Below, one piece after another: positions 28,880-38,195 of a DNA stretch of 64,000 nt; position 1 is the first letter of the stretch, and every line of letters begins with the position of its first letter. Location: assembly GCA_035509435.1 (NCBI GenBank), contig DATJLR010000001.1, positions 58,732 to 122,731 on the forward strand, written 5' to 3'. The stretch is from Minisyncoccota bacterium. Lineage in GTDB: Bacteria > Patescibacteriota > Minisyncoccia > UBA6257 > 2-01-FULL-56-20. Both the position numbers and the translations under genes were made by a program. A model generated the notes under the pieces. It saw only the letters and a list, made by a program, of their open reading frames with translations. It was not told the origin of the DNA and did not search any database.

Positions 28880-31687
28880 CTATTCCTTGATTAATTCCTC
28901 AACTTGAGATTCTGCCAATATCCTTGGATTATGACCGACGAAAGCTTTTATGGCTTTTTTAAAATTCTCATCCCGATTCTCCAATGTTTTTAGATTGGCA
29001 AAAAATGTGTCAGATGCATCCGAGGGCAAACCAATACTCTTTATCGCTTCCAGCCATCGCCGCAAAACAGTATCGTCCGGAATTTCATTGTGTCGGTTGA
29101 TAATATTGCGAACGACATCAACCTTAAACCTAGAATTCCCTTGGAATTCATCTGGAAAATCATAATGGATATACTCCAAGAAATCGAAAAGTAGAGGAAG
29201 GGGCTTCCCATTCAAATTATTAACGATGCCGCCCTTCTCGGCCTCGCTAAATTCTTTTGCCGGAAATTTTACCTCAGTGAGTAAATCGAGAGTTTGATAT
29301 GTGCGCCTGATCAAATCCTCTCGAATTTCCCTGTCAATCTGAAAAAGCTTTGTATTTGCTATCGCCTCTAAGATATTCTCTGGAGTATTTGCGGTTGTCT
29401 CTATGAATTGCCTAAGGCAACCATTAATTTCGTTAAGGAGTGGGTTACCTTCAAAACGAATCCGTAGTAAAATTTTTACAATTAAAACTCGCATCCCCCA
29501 ATCTCCGTAAGTATTATAAAGCGCCAGAACCTGACTCGAGAAAGACCTCAATTGAGTATTAGAGACTTCAGGAGTAAGTTGTGATAGTTTAATTTTTTCG
29601 GCAAATTCCAAAGCTGCCAATAATACTTTTTCAGCATAAACCGTCTGGACGGGTTGATACTGCATGAGAAAAAAGAGTTGCCACAGAATTGGCCCATACA
29701 AAAGTGGTGTAAATGGCTTTTCTTCAGTTAAGAATTTTAATAGTTTCTCCAGTGTGGCAACCTGCTCTTCTCCTAATTGCCCCGGAAAAACAACTTCGCC
29801 CTTTAAATGATTTAAAACATTGGCCTTTGCTTGCGCTAGCTCTTTATTAAAAGGAGCAAATGCAGTCCAAGCGTTAGGTGAACTTACAAGGGAAAAAAGC
29901 TCTATGGGATCATTGACATTTTTATTTATTTCCTCAGGTCGAGACGCAATAGAATTTAAAAAGTGAGCAAAATTTTTCGCTATCGTATTTTGAGTCTTCC
30001 GGTGGAGACTAGAGAAACCTTCGTTAAATATTCTCGAAAAATCTATCTTATCTTCCACTGGTAAAAATCCCTCAGGTCTAATAAGCTCAAAAATCCTTTC
30101 AAGAAATTGCTCGAAGGCAACAAGATTGTCCTTATCAAACAAGCTATGAATTGAAACAAAAACATTGGTAAGCTTATCGATTTTATGTTCGTTATGTCGT
30201 ACATAATTTGATAACAACCCTTGAAATTCAGTCATTCCATCTACCTCGACAATCTTTTCATAAATTTTCTTCAATGCCTCCGTATCAATATTCTCGGCCG
30301 CAGTAATAAAGCTCTCCCATTCTGGAACCTTTTTTTGTTCTGGCGTTTCCTTGAGTGAGAAAAATAAATTGGCGCGTTCATCTGAAACCGTTGTTGTGGT
30401 ATTTATAAAATTTGAGAAGTCTTCGTCCCTAAATCTCTGATCATTAGAAAATGACCACGCTATAATTTGATCCAGCGAATCTGATGTCCTTAATACTTTT
30501 GCCTCAAGAATTTTATATAGTTCTGGCCACTTGGTTCTTATGACTAATATTTTCGCTAAAAATGGAATTTTTTCTTTATCTAAAATGTATTCCATATTCC
30601 TCTGCTTAGCCAAGAGGTATTGAGCCGTAAGGGAATTTAGGAATTGGATAATCTCACGGGGATTATTTCTGAAGGCCCGGCTTATAATAAAAACCAGCGA
30701 ACTATTACCTTGAAAATCAGCTACTTTTGTTTTGATAATATTTTTCGATATATAGTTATCGAGTTCAAGATCCAATAAGCGCGGGATCCTGATAGAGAGG
30801 TTAAAAAACTTTCTTAAAAATTCTTCCGTATCAAAATCCTCGCCGAAAGTTCCTCGAAGTTGATCGTTTATAGCCTGGTCATCACAAGGGATAAGGAAAA
30901 TAGCTCCAACGCCTTCCGCTGTTTTTTCATTAGCCAAAAAAGTTTTGATATCGCTCAGTAATGCGACAGCCTTCTCTTTGTCCAATCGATCAAGATTATC
31001 AATTATGATAAGTATCTTGTCTTTTAGCTTCTTGAGCGCTTCACTATAATAATATTCAAAACCTTCAGCAGAATCGGTTCGAGGAGTCTCGACATTTATT
31101 TGAGATATATCAACGATATTCGCCAAAAACTTATATATAACCGCAAAGATGCCTAGCGTAAGTATGGCGGATATACCCTTCTGTGCCAAAGCGGCAAAAG
31201 CTTGATCAAATCCAAAATTCCAAATCCATTGATTAACAGCAAAAAGGGCGAGGAGAAAAAGTAACGTGACAACGACGGGGACAAAAATCTTTACGATTAT
31301 TTTGTCAAAGCTACTTTTTAAACTCTCTATCAAGGAGAAGGTCCTAGGAACTGTTAGTGATTGATTTAATGTTTCCTTATAGCGAAGCGATCCTTGAAAG
31401 ATGTCTTTATCAAACTCAATAAGAAACTGGCGTCGAAAAGAGTCGCGTTCATATTTCCAAGTATCAAAATAAAAAACCTTGCTCCCTTCAGCAACGAGAT
31501 GATCCCGTAATAGATAACAGATAGAGCTTTTGCCAGAGCCCCACTGTCCATAAAGTCCGATCGTAAGCGGCGCGGGACTTTTAATATATATTTCCTTGAT
31601 CTGCTCAGCAATATCTGAATAGCCGAAATGATCAGCATCATTCCTTCCGAGGGGAGCATCCTTTATAATCTCAAATTCATTGCTCAT
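28880..31687 (-). CDS. KAP-family P-loop NTPase (935 aa)
   Basis: Walker A GQWGSGKSS. Two TM helices inserted into the P-loop domain (IFVPVVVTLLFLLALFAV..., AILTLGIFAVIYKFL), the KAP hallmark. Walker B ILIIIDNLDR. Long alpha-helical C-terminal region. Confidence 0.75.
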   Translation of the reverse strand: MSNEFEIIKDAPLGRNDADHFGYSDIAEQIKEIYIKSPAPLTIGLYGQWGSGKSSICYLLRDHLVAEGSKVFYFDTWKYERDSFRRQFLIEFDKDIFQGSLRYKETLNQSLTVPRTFSLIESLKSSFDKIIVKIFVPVVVTLLFLLALFAVNQWIWNFGFDQAFAALAQKGISAILTLGIFAVIYKFLANIVDISQINVETPRTDSAEGFEYYYSEALKKLKDKILIIIDNLDRLDKEKAVALLSDIKTFLANEKTAEGVGAIFLIPCDDQAINDQLRGTFGEDFDTEEFLRKFFNLSIRIPRLLDLELDNYISKNIIKTKVADFQGNSSLVFIISRAFRNNPREIIQFLNSLTAQYLLAKQRNMEYILDKEKIPFLAKILVIRTKWPELYKILEAKVLRTSDSLDQIIAWSFSNDQRFRDEDFSNFINTTTTVSDERANLFFSLKETPEQKKVPEWESFITAAENIDTEALKKIYEKIVEVDGMTEFQGLLSNYVRHNEHKIDKLTNVFVSIHSLFDKDNLVAFEQFLERIFELIRPEGFLPVEDKIDFSRIFNEGFSSLHRKTQNTIAKNFAHFLNSIASRPEEINKNVNDPIELFSLVSSPNAWTAFAPFNKELAQAKANVLNHLKGEVVFPGQLGEEQVATLEKLLKFLTEEKPFTPLLYGPILWQLFFLMQYQPVQTVYAEKVLLAALEFAEKIKLSQLTPEVSNTQLRSFSSQVLALYNTYGDWGMRVLIVKILLRIRFEGNPLLNEINGCLRQFIETTANTPENILEAIANTKLFQIDREIREDLIRRTYQTLDLLTEVKFPAKEFSEAEKGGIVNNLNGKPLPLLFDFLEYIHYDFPDEFQGNSRFKVDVVRNIINRHNEIPDDTVLRRWLEAIKSIGLPSDASDTFFANLKTLENRDENFKKAIKAFVGHNPRILAESQVEELIKE

Positions 31688-32014
31688 CGAATTAGCTTAA
31701 CTCCAATAATGCCGGATTTTTACTGAAAAATAAAGAGCTCGTCAAACAATCTGCGATTGGGAACTCCTGATCGGATTTACAAGCAAAATCGCTTATCTTA
31801 TAGTTAATCCACAACTAAATAGGGTTGCCTAAACTCAGCAATTTGCAGGGCATGGCACATAGAAAACCGATGAAGGCAGAAAGCTCTCAATCAGAGCCAC
31901 CTTCATCGGTCATATCTGGAAACGGATATGGGTCGCAAGACCAGCTGGTTGGGAGCTTTCTGGCATAAAACTCTCAACCGGCCCTAAAGGTCGGTTTTCG
32001 TTTTAAATAAAACC

Positions 32015-32254
32015 ATGAATTTAAACTCACTTCCAAGACATCAAAAGACAAAGATGTTCGTTATCGCTAACCGCAAACATTTCTTTGCGGATGGCATCAT
32101 AAAGAAAGACCTAGAAGAAGCGGAGTATAAAAGACTGGGGCTTCCGGCTCCTCTCTATGCCATGTACGGAAAATATATTCCCGGCAAAAGCTACACACTT
32201 GATCCTATGGCGGACAGCATCGGAGAAATGCAGAGCAGAATAATTATCTGGTAA
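32015..32254 (+). CDS. Hypothetical small protein
   Basis: 79 aa in the AT-rich block, 5 nt before the next gene. Confidence 0.3.
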   Translation: MNLNSLPRHQKTKMFVIANRKHFFADGIIKKDLEEAEYKRLGLPAPLYAMYGKYIPGKSYTLDPMADSIGEMQSRIIIW

Positions 32255-32258
32255 AACT

Positions 32259-32714
32259 ATGGAACAAAAACCGAAAGGCAAATTGCTTGATTGGCTGAAC
32301 CATCATCCTGTCATAACTATCGTGATGATCATGTTCGTCATCGGCATAGTCGGCGTAACGGCAGAGGCAATTGCGGGGCAAGGATCATCAACAACCTCCA
32401 ATAGCGACCTTCAAGCTACTGTCGAAACAACGAATGATGGCATCTCCATTACCAATCTCGAAAGCGACTCATGGCAATCGTGTGAAGTTGGAGTAAATGG
32501 CGGATGCGGATTCAATTTCGATAATCCTCCCTATCAGAGCCATATTTCATTCGATCTTGCAGGAGGAGCTAGCACCACTATTCCCTACAGCACGCTTACG
32601 AGCGCAGATGGCACTCGGTTCGATATAACTACCCACGCAGTGAACTCGATTGTCATCATGTGTTCGATGGGAGCAAACGATCGGACGGAAAGAAGCTTCT
32701 GTGGGATGCAGTGA
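32259..32714 (+). CDS. Hypothetical membrane-anchored or secreted protein
   Basis: 151 aa with an N-terminal TM or signal anchor and a Ser/Thr/Gly-rich, Cys-containing ectodomain. Confidence 0.35.
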   Translation: MEQKPKGKLLDWLNHHPVITIVMIMFVIGIVGVTAEAIAGQGSSTTSNSDLQATVETTNDGISITNLESDSWQSCEVGVNGGCGFNFDNPPYQSHISFDLAGGASTTIPYSTLTSADGTRFDITTHAVNSIVIMCSMGANDRTERSFCGMQ

Positions 32715-32777
32715 AAATTTTTATACCGCTATCTTCTAGGAATTGCCGGCAGAAAGCTTACCTTGCGGTATTAAAGA

Positions 32778-33230
32778 TTATGCCGAATGATCTGTCGATT
32801 TTTCGCTCTGTTTCTTTTTTACTATCGCCAAAAAATAATCCAGAACTTCTCCCTCGTTTAAATGCTCAGCGATTAAATTTTGGATTTGCTTTACCAGTCC
32901 CCACAAGAGCAAGAAGAAAAGCACGATGGCGATAAAATCGAAAATAGGCCCTTTCGGTTTATATTGAATAATAATATCGGCAAATATATTTCCAAAAATT
33001 CCGAGCAGAAGGCCGAGCACTAAAGTGTAAAGGGTTTGCCTCAAATTTCTATTATCATCGAGAATCTTATTGATCTCAAAGCTCTTAGGAGTTCTAAAGT
33101 CATAAAATTCATCGACGACCGCCTTTTGATCTTCAGGGCTAAGGCTGTTCCACTTCTCTACGTCGGAAGATCTTAGCCTATCTGCAATTTCCTTCTTGTC
33201 TTCTCTTATCCGTTTCTCTTTCGTTTCCAT
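32778..33230 (-). CDS. Hypothetical membrane protein
   Basis: 150 aa with a charged N-terminus and two TM helices. Confidence 0.35.
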   Translation of the reverse strand: METKEKRIREDKKEIADRLRSSDVEKWNSLSPEDQKAVVDEFYDFRTPKSFEINKILDDNRNLRQTLYTLVLGLLLGIFGNIFADIIIQYKPKGPIFDFIAIVLFFLLLWGLVKQIQNLIAEHLNEGEVLDYFLAIVKKKQSEKSTDHSA

Positions 33231-33283
33231 ATTGCCTTATATCTTAGAGCATTATCTGGCTGTATCAAGTAGTCATACAAACA

Positions 33284-33396
33284 GCTCTTTTTGAGCGCAA
33301 AAGGGCTCTTTTTTGGCACTTTTCGGCGCTAAAAAGGAGTTTTCACAGCTTAAGCGCGCTTTTTTAATACGCGTCAGTTTTGGCACTTTTAATTTC
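33284..33396. repeat. Cluster of short direct repeats (TTTTGGCACTTTT x2, GCTCTTTTT x2) and small palindromes
   Basis: TTTTGGCACTTTT at 33311 and 33378. GCTCTTTTT at about 33285 and 33304. GCGCGC...GCGCG also present. Confidence 0.5.
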
Positions 33397-33575
33397 AAGC
33401 AGGCTCAAAGAAGACACATCCGCTTGATGACATCAGGACGGAAGAAATGGACTAAACAACAATCAGCGTATTTGTGCGAAGTATAAAAGAGGACATCAAA
33501 TGTGTCCCAGCAAAAACGCGGATAATGCGCGAATAACATCCGCGAACAAAACTCAATCGCTATTTTTTTGTTATT

Positions 33576-33596
33576 TAATCCACAGAAATATCCACA
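33576..33596. promoter_or_regulatory. Two DnaA-box-like 9-mers (TAATCCACA, ATATCCACA), each 8/9 match to TTATCCACA
   Basis: Seen directly, 12 bp apart, 60-80 bp upstream of the wHTH gene. Confidence 0.35.
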
Positions 33597-33658
33597 TTCA
33601 AGCACCAACCTATCGTCCTCGTGCGAGAATAGGTTCACGCCAAAATTAAATCGCGCAA

Positions 33659-34048
33659 ATGAAACTTAAACCTACCGGAAATTTTATGCTGCTACCGAAA
33701 GAACTCGTTTCCAGCCATCTGAAATTACTCGGCACCAGAGACTTCTCCGTCCTGCTGGCCCTTTGGTACCTTCACCACTCCTATTCGACACCTTGTCCGT
33801 GGATAACGGACGAGCGGCTCTCGAACGACTTCGGCTTCAGCAAGAAGAATCTCCAGCGATCAAGGAAGCGACTCAAGGAAAATGGCTTCATCGACTACAA
33901 AATCGGCTACCGGATCGGAAACCACGCAAGAGCAACGCGTTATCTCCTCGTCCCTGATGCCAAGATCCGCGCCTCATTCCGTATCCCTGACGAGCCAAAG
34001 TGGCTACCTGCTCGGCAAGGACATAGGAAGCCAAATAGACCACCTTAA
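33659..34048 (+). CDS. Winged-helix DNA-binding protein (possible replication initiator or regulator of the element)
   Basis: ITDERLSNDFGFSKKNLQRSRKRLKENGFIDYK is a wHTH-like segment. Confidence 0.4.
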   Translation: MKLKPTGNFMLLPKELVSSHLKLLGTRDFSVLLALWYLHHSYSTPCPWITDERLSNDFGFSKKNLQRSRKRLKENGFIDYKIGYRIGNHARATRYLLVPDAKIRASFRIPDEPKWLPARQGHRKPNRPP

Positions 34049-34111
34049 TTAAGAATTGTACCTAAGAATGCAAATAGCAATTAACTTCGTTAATAAATTT
34101 TTTTCAAACAA

Positions 34112-34606
34112 ATGGCAATTAGACTCTACCACCAAAAGCTTAAGGCCTTCGACGAATATCTCGCTCACAAAGGAATACACCGAGGAAAAGTTCAGACGCT
34201 GGTCGAATTTTACCGATTCTTGAACGGTCAACTCGACACACCCACGTGGACGTTCCCCTTCTCGCGCCACTTGAAAGCCGCGCAGAAAATCCTCATTTGG
34301 TCCCAAGACGACCTCGCTAAAGCGAAAGGGTTCATCTTTGACTGCTGGTATCACTACCATAGACGATACCCAAACTGGAATCTCGACACAGCCTACAGAA
34401 ATATCCCACTTCTCTATGACGCAGAAAAAAATCAGATCGAGCACGCGCACCAGACTCTTAGCGGTTCAGAAAAGCTGGGCTTACTGGAGGCAATTACTCA
34501 GGCAAGGTCGGCCGCTTGGAGCGCGCGCGTTGACGATGACGAAGAACGCGCAATGATCGCCAAGGCAAAAGAGGATTTTCTCCACTCCTTAGAAACCGGA
34601 GACTAG
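34112..34606 (+). CDS. Hypothetical protein upstream of the integrase (possible accessory or directionality factor)
   Basis: 164 aa with no motif. The RDF idea rests on position only. Confidence 0.35.
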   Translation: MAIRLYHQKLKAFDEYLAHKGIHRGKVQTLVEFYRFLNGQLDTPTWTFPFSRHLKAAQKILIWSQDDLAKAKGFIFDCWYHYHRRYPNWNLDTAYRNIPLLYDAEKNQIEHAHQTLSGSEKLGLLEAITQARSAAWSARVDDDEERAMIAKAKEDFLHSLETGD

Positions 34607-34727
34607 TCTCTTATATTTAACATGCAACGGAACATTGAGAACCAGGATCAGGGATCAGCCGCAATCGATCGCCTCGCCGAGATCCTGATTCTCATTGCAA
34701 TTTCCCTGCAAGAAAAAAAGGAATAAT

Positions 34728-36248
34728 ATGTCGTCAGCAATCCTTTACCTCCGCGTCAGCTCTACGGCGCAGGCCGCAAAAGAAAATCCCATTGAGACCC
34801 AACAAGAGGCCTGTCTTGCCTATGCCAAGCAAAAAGGATACGAGATCAACCTTGAGACCGGAATTTATATGGACAAAGGAATCTCCGGCAGGACGGATGA
34901 AAGAGCGGACTTCAAGCGGATGGTGGATCGCCTTAAAACGGACACCTCGATAGAAGCCGTTATTGCCTACGACATTTCAAGGATATTCCGAAACGGCGTC
35001 GAATACTTCCTTTTTAAGGAAGACATCGAGAGGCACGGCAAACGATTCCTTTCTGTTAGTGAAGCACTAAGCGGAGACAAGAACCCTGCCAATTGGATGA
35101 TGGAATGGATTTTGGCTGGTTTTGCCGAATTCAGATCCCGTCAAGATGGAGAAAAGATAAGGCTCGGCATGCAACACAAAGCGATATCTGGCATCCTTCC
35201 CGGTAAAGCACCTTACGGCTACAAGAACGTAAGAGAGCACCGATCCGGAGATAAAGACAAAAGATGGATCGAGGTGGATGAGAACGAAGGACCTTGGGTC
35301 ACGAAAGCTTTTACTGACTTCGCGAGTGGCGCATACTCGCTTCACGATCTTGTAAGAAAACTGCGAGAAGAAGGCTTCCCAACCCGAAACGGAAAACCTC
35401 TCGCCGTAAGTACGATCGAACAAATCCTCAAATATAAACTGTATATCGGCCATCTTTCTTGGGGAGGAGTTGAAAACCCAAGCAGTACCCAACCCAAACT
35501 TACCGACGAGGAAACATTTTATAAGGTGCAAGCTATTCTTTCCACTCGAAACCTCGGAGCTTGCCGGAAACGAAAGCATCGATTCCTTTTGCGAGGTATT
35601 TCCTATTGTGGAGAATGTGGAGCACGAATCAACGCAGGCAATCATCACGGCAGAAAAGGTACTTACCCCTACTATAGTTGTCAAAAACGGATTGGTGGAA
35701 ATAAGGTCTTCTGCTCTCAGCCGATGTTTGCCTTGCCGGAAGCAGAAAAGCAATTTGCTCGTCTTATGAAATCTATTCAGCTCTCTGAATCAGCGACCGA
35801 AAGGCTTGCCGATCGAGTCAAGGAATCCGCTAAGAAGTTCCAAGCCAGCAACCATGAAATAAGAACCTCGCTAGCAAAACAACTGGAAGAAACAGAGAGC
35901 CGGAAAAAATCTCTGACCGAGAAATATATAGACGAAAGCATCGATCGAGAAACCTATCTGGCGCATAAGGCAGAACTCGAAGCGAAGGAGGCTAAATGCC
36001 GCACCGAGCTTGGCAAAATCGACAGCAAATTATCGTCATGGAAAGAAACCACGGAGAAAGCGCTGGCCCTCATTAAGAACTGCTACGAGGCATATCAGAA
36101 AGCAAATTATGATCAAAAAATCGCCTTAGCCCACACAATTTTCGAAAAATTGACCATAAAAGACAGGAAGATAACTCAGGCAAAACTCAAAGAACCCTTC
36201 AATTACCTGCTGAAAAAGAAGGTTTCACGGAATACTGTGTTTATATAA
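34728..36248 (+). CDS. Large serine recombinase 2 (integrase), adjacent to ssrA
   Basis: AILYLRVSSTAQ (catalytic Ser), DKGISGRTDERADFKRM, YDISRIFRN, and a zinc-ribbon region (CGECGARI...YYSCQK) followed by a coiled coil. RBS AAAGGA upstream of the internal ATG at 34728. Confidence 0.8.
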   Translation: MSSAILYLRVSSTAQAAKENPIETQQEACLAYAKQKGYEINLETGIYMDKGISGRTDERADFKRMVDRLKTDTSIEAVIAYDISRIFRNGVEYFLFKEDIERHGKRFLSVSEALSGDKNPANWMMEWILAGFAEFRSRQDGEKIRLGMQHKAISGILPGKAPYGYKNVREHRSGDKDKRWIEVDENEGPWVTKAFTDFASGAYSLHDLVRKLREEGFPTRNGKPLAVSTIEQILKYKLYIGHLSWGGVENPSSTQPKLTDEETFYKVQAILSTRNLGACRKRKHRFLLRGISYCGECGARINAGNHHGRKGTYPYYSCQKRIGGNKVFCSQPMFALPEAEKQFARLMKSIQLSESATERLADRVKESAKKFQASNHEIRTSLAKQLEETESRKKSLTEKYIDESIDRETYLAHKAELEAKEAKCRTELGKIDSKLSSWKETTEKALALIKNCYEAYQKANYDQKIALAHTIFEKLTIKDRKITQAKLKEPFNYLLKKKVSRNTVFI

Positions 36249-36256
36249 GAGTCCGG

Positions 36257-36574
36257 TGGTGGAAGCGGGCGGAATCGAACCGCCGTGTAAAGATAGTGCC
36301 GATGGGCCGTCTACGAGCGTAGTCTAGCGAATGCTAAGCGAGTGATCCTGTTTCTCGCGGCGCGCTTAGGATCGTCTGCGCGACGCCAGTTCCCTTATAT
36401 AAGACCGGTGACAGCCCAAGGAACCCGGACTGGCCGATCCCCGCGGTTACGCGTTAAGCGTAAGCGAGGGCTGGAACTCGGTTAGAGTTGGCAGTTGTAG
36501 TTTTTGCAGCGATAACGGCGCTGCGAACGGCTCGCAAACCCACGGATTGTCTTTATCGAAGCCAGTGCGCTCCC
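36257..36574 (-). ncRNA. ssrA: tmRNA (SsrA)
   Basis: The reverse complement begins GGGAGCGCACTGGCTTCGA. The 3' end has a T-arm GGCGGTTCGATTCCGCC, a 7-bp acceptor stem GGGAGCG/CGCTTCC, discriminator A and an encoded CCA. An internal reading frame ends ...PALAYA then TAA. Confidence 0.8.
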
Positions 36575-36682
36575 CATAATGCTGCCGATATTATACCATG
36601 CCGAATGCTATAATAAAAGGGATAGCGATTCCTCGCGAAAGGTCGAAGCAAAACCGGATTTTAACGAATTTTTAATCTTTTT

Positions 36683-36892
36683 ATGGAAGAAGGAAAAATG
36701 GAGGGGAAGGGAATGGCCTGCAAGTGCCCTCACCACAGGGTGATACCGTGGCTCATCATCCTGATCGGCCTCGATTTCTTTTTGGGCGGGATCAATGTGT
36801 TGACGTGGGGCTTCGTGGACATCACGTGGCCGATCCTCCTCATCATCGCGGGCGGCACCAAGCTGGTAGGGTGCAAGTGCTGCAGCAAGTAG
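36683..36892 (+). CDS. Small Cys-rich membrane protein (hypothetical)
   Basis: 69 aa with a GGAGGGG RBS, two TM helices and CxC motifs at both ends. Confidence 0.4.
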   Translation: MEEGKMEGKGMACKCPHHRVIPWLIILIGLDFFLGGINVLTWGFVDITWPILLIIAGGTKLVGCKCCSK

Positions 36893-36893
36893 T

Positions 36894-37511
36894 TTAGGCG
36901 GAAGGAGGGGAAGAGGGAGGAATGACGGCAGACGCCGGTTCTTCGGTGACCTTCTGCACATTCGCGCGCTCCAGGAGCTGGGCCTGCAGCCACTCGGCGA
37001 GGTCCTTGTCGAGCGCGGGCAGCATTCCCTCGGAATCGTCATCGCCGGGATGCTCCCCTTCCTCGTGGCCGGCCGTCAGGATGACGATCTCGCTGAGGCC
37101 GATCATCTGGAACGCGAGATCGCGCCGGATGTCCACGTCCTGGATCTGTCGGTACGGGATCGAGACCTCTTCTTTGTTCAAAATGCCGCGCTTGATCTTG
37201 AGCGAGTCCTCGCCAAGGCAATATTTATAGTTTTTATAGATGAGCCATGAAATGAGGAATGTGACGCCGCCCACGAGCACGAAGAGCAGAAGCCCAAGCC
37301 ATGCGCCGAGCGACATATACGGCGCCAGGTTGCCGATCGGCGTGGAAACAAGGAACGGTTGCCCGCTCACCGCAAAGAGCACGATCGTGAGGAGCAGCAA
37401 AACGAACGCCGCGTGTACGCGTTGCAGCAGAAATATCCAAAAGGTCTTCTTGCCCATGGTGTGATAGACCTCTTGGGGGATGCCGGGGTGCGTTATCGGG
37501 GTCTCTTGCAT
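36894..37511 (-). CDS. Membrane protein with a bacterial PH domain (bPH_2/YdbS-like)
   Basis: Two TM helices followed by ...SIPYRQIQDVDIRRD...IVILTAG, the bPH pattern. The start is possibly the internal MGKKTFW. Confidence 0.5.
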   Translation of the reverse strand: MQETPITHPGIPQEVYHTMGKKTFWIFLLQRVHAAFVLLLLTIVLFAVSGQPFLVSTPIGNLAPYMSLGAWLGLLLFVLVGGVTFLISWLIYKNYKYCLGEDSLKIKRGILNKEEVSIPYRQIQDVDIRRDLAFQMIGLSEIVILTAGHEEGEHPGDDDSEGMLPALDKDLAEWLQAQLLERANVQKVTEEPASAVIPPSSPPSA

Positions 37512-37548
37512 CTTTTGATTATTCTACCACAGCTGATATAATGGAGGC

Positions 37549-38055
37549 ATAATCAAGCCGCGTATCAATAATCTTATAACCGCGCCCGAGCTTCGCGTCA
37601 TCGGCGAGAAGGGCGAGAATCTGGGGGTCATGCCGCGCGCTGACGCCCTCGCGCTCGCGCGCCCGGACGACGGCATCGACCTGATAGAGATCTCCGCCGC
37701 GGCAAAGCCACCCGTCGTGCGCCTCATGAGCTACGACAAATTCCGCTACGAAGAGGAAAAGCGGATCAAAAAGGAGCGCGCGGCGCAGAAGACCGCGTCC
37801 ATGAAGGCCGTACAAATCACGGCCAAGGCCGCGCACAACGACCTGATGGTAAAAGTGCGCCAGGTGGAAAAGTTCTTCAACGAAGGCCATCCCGTGGAAG
37901 TGGTCATGCGCTTGCGCGGCCGTGAGAAGCGCAACAAGGACTGGGCGATGGAAAAGCTCAAGGAATTTTTGACGCTCATCCCCGTGGAGTACAAGAAGCT
38001 GAACGAGCCCAAGTTTTTGGGCAACGGCCCCGCGGTGCAGATCGCAAAGAAATAA
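37549..38055 (+). CDS. infC: Translation initiation factor IF-3, probably with a non-AUG start (ATA/ATC)
   Basis: In-frame extension upstream of the listed M (37630) reads IIKPRINNLITAPELRVIGEKGENLGVMPRADALALARPDDGIDLIEIS...PPVVRLMSYDKFRYEEEKR, typical of IF-3. The nearest in-frame stop is at 37534. GGAGG at 37543. No ATG between the stop and the conserved N-terminus. Confidence 0.75.
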   Translation: MIKPRINNLITAPELRVIGEKGENLGVMPRADALALARPDDGIDLIEISAAAKPPVVRLMSYDKFRYEEEKRIKKERAAQKTASMKAVQITAKAAHNDLMVKVRQVEKFFNEGHPVEVVMRLRGREKRNKDWAMEKLKEFLTLIPVEYKKLNEPKFLGNGPAVQIAKK

Positions 38056-38128
38056 AATATCCCTCTCCTGCTTCGCTCCGACGTCGGAACGTCCACTCGC
38101 TCAGCAGAAGAGGGATATTTTATTTTGA
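38053..38128 (+). terminator. Rho-independent terminator after infC
   Basis: ATATCCCTCT...AGAGGGATAT long hairpin followed by TTTATTTT. Confidence 0.6.
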
Positions 38129-38195
38129 GGTACAGCAGTCGGCCTCCCCTTGACATAGAATATTTATATGGTATACTTTCTCCTAGCTCACTTAT

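Larger units (their letters stand above)
27750..36256. mobile_element. AT-rich genomic island block A, inserted at the 3' end of ssrA. Contains serine recombinase 2, a KAP NTPase module and a putative replication module.
   Basis: Sharp GC drop at about 27.75 kb. The serine recombinase gene ends 8 nt from the tmRNA 3' CCA end. Contents are hypothetical or conflict-type. Confidence 0.6.

Noticed and set aside
36608-37042. 144-aa minus ORF spanning the tmRNA-proximal intergenic region and the small Cys-rich gene
   Set aside because: Overlaps two better-supported genes. Pro/Arg-rich translation.
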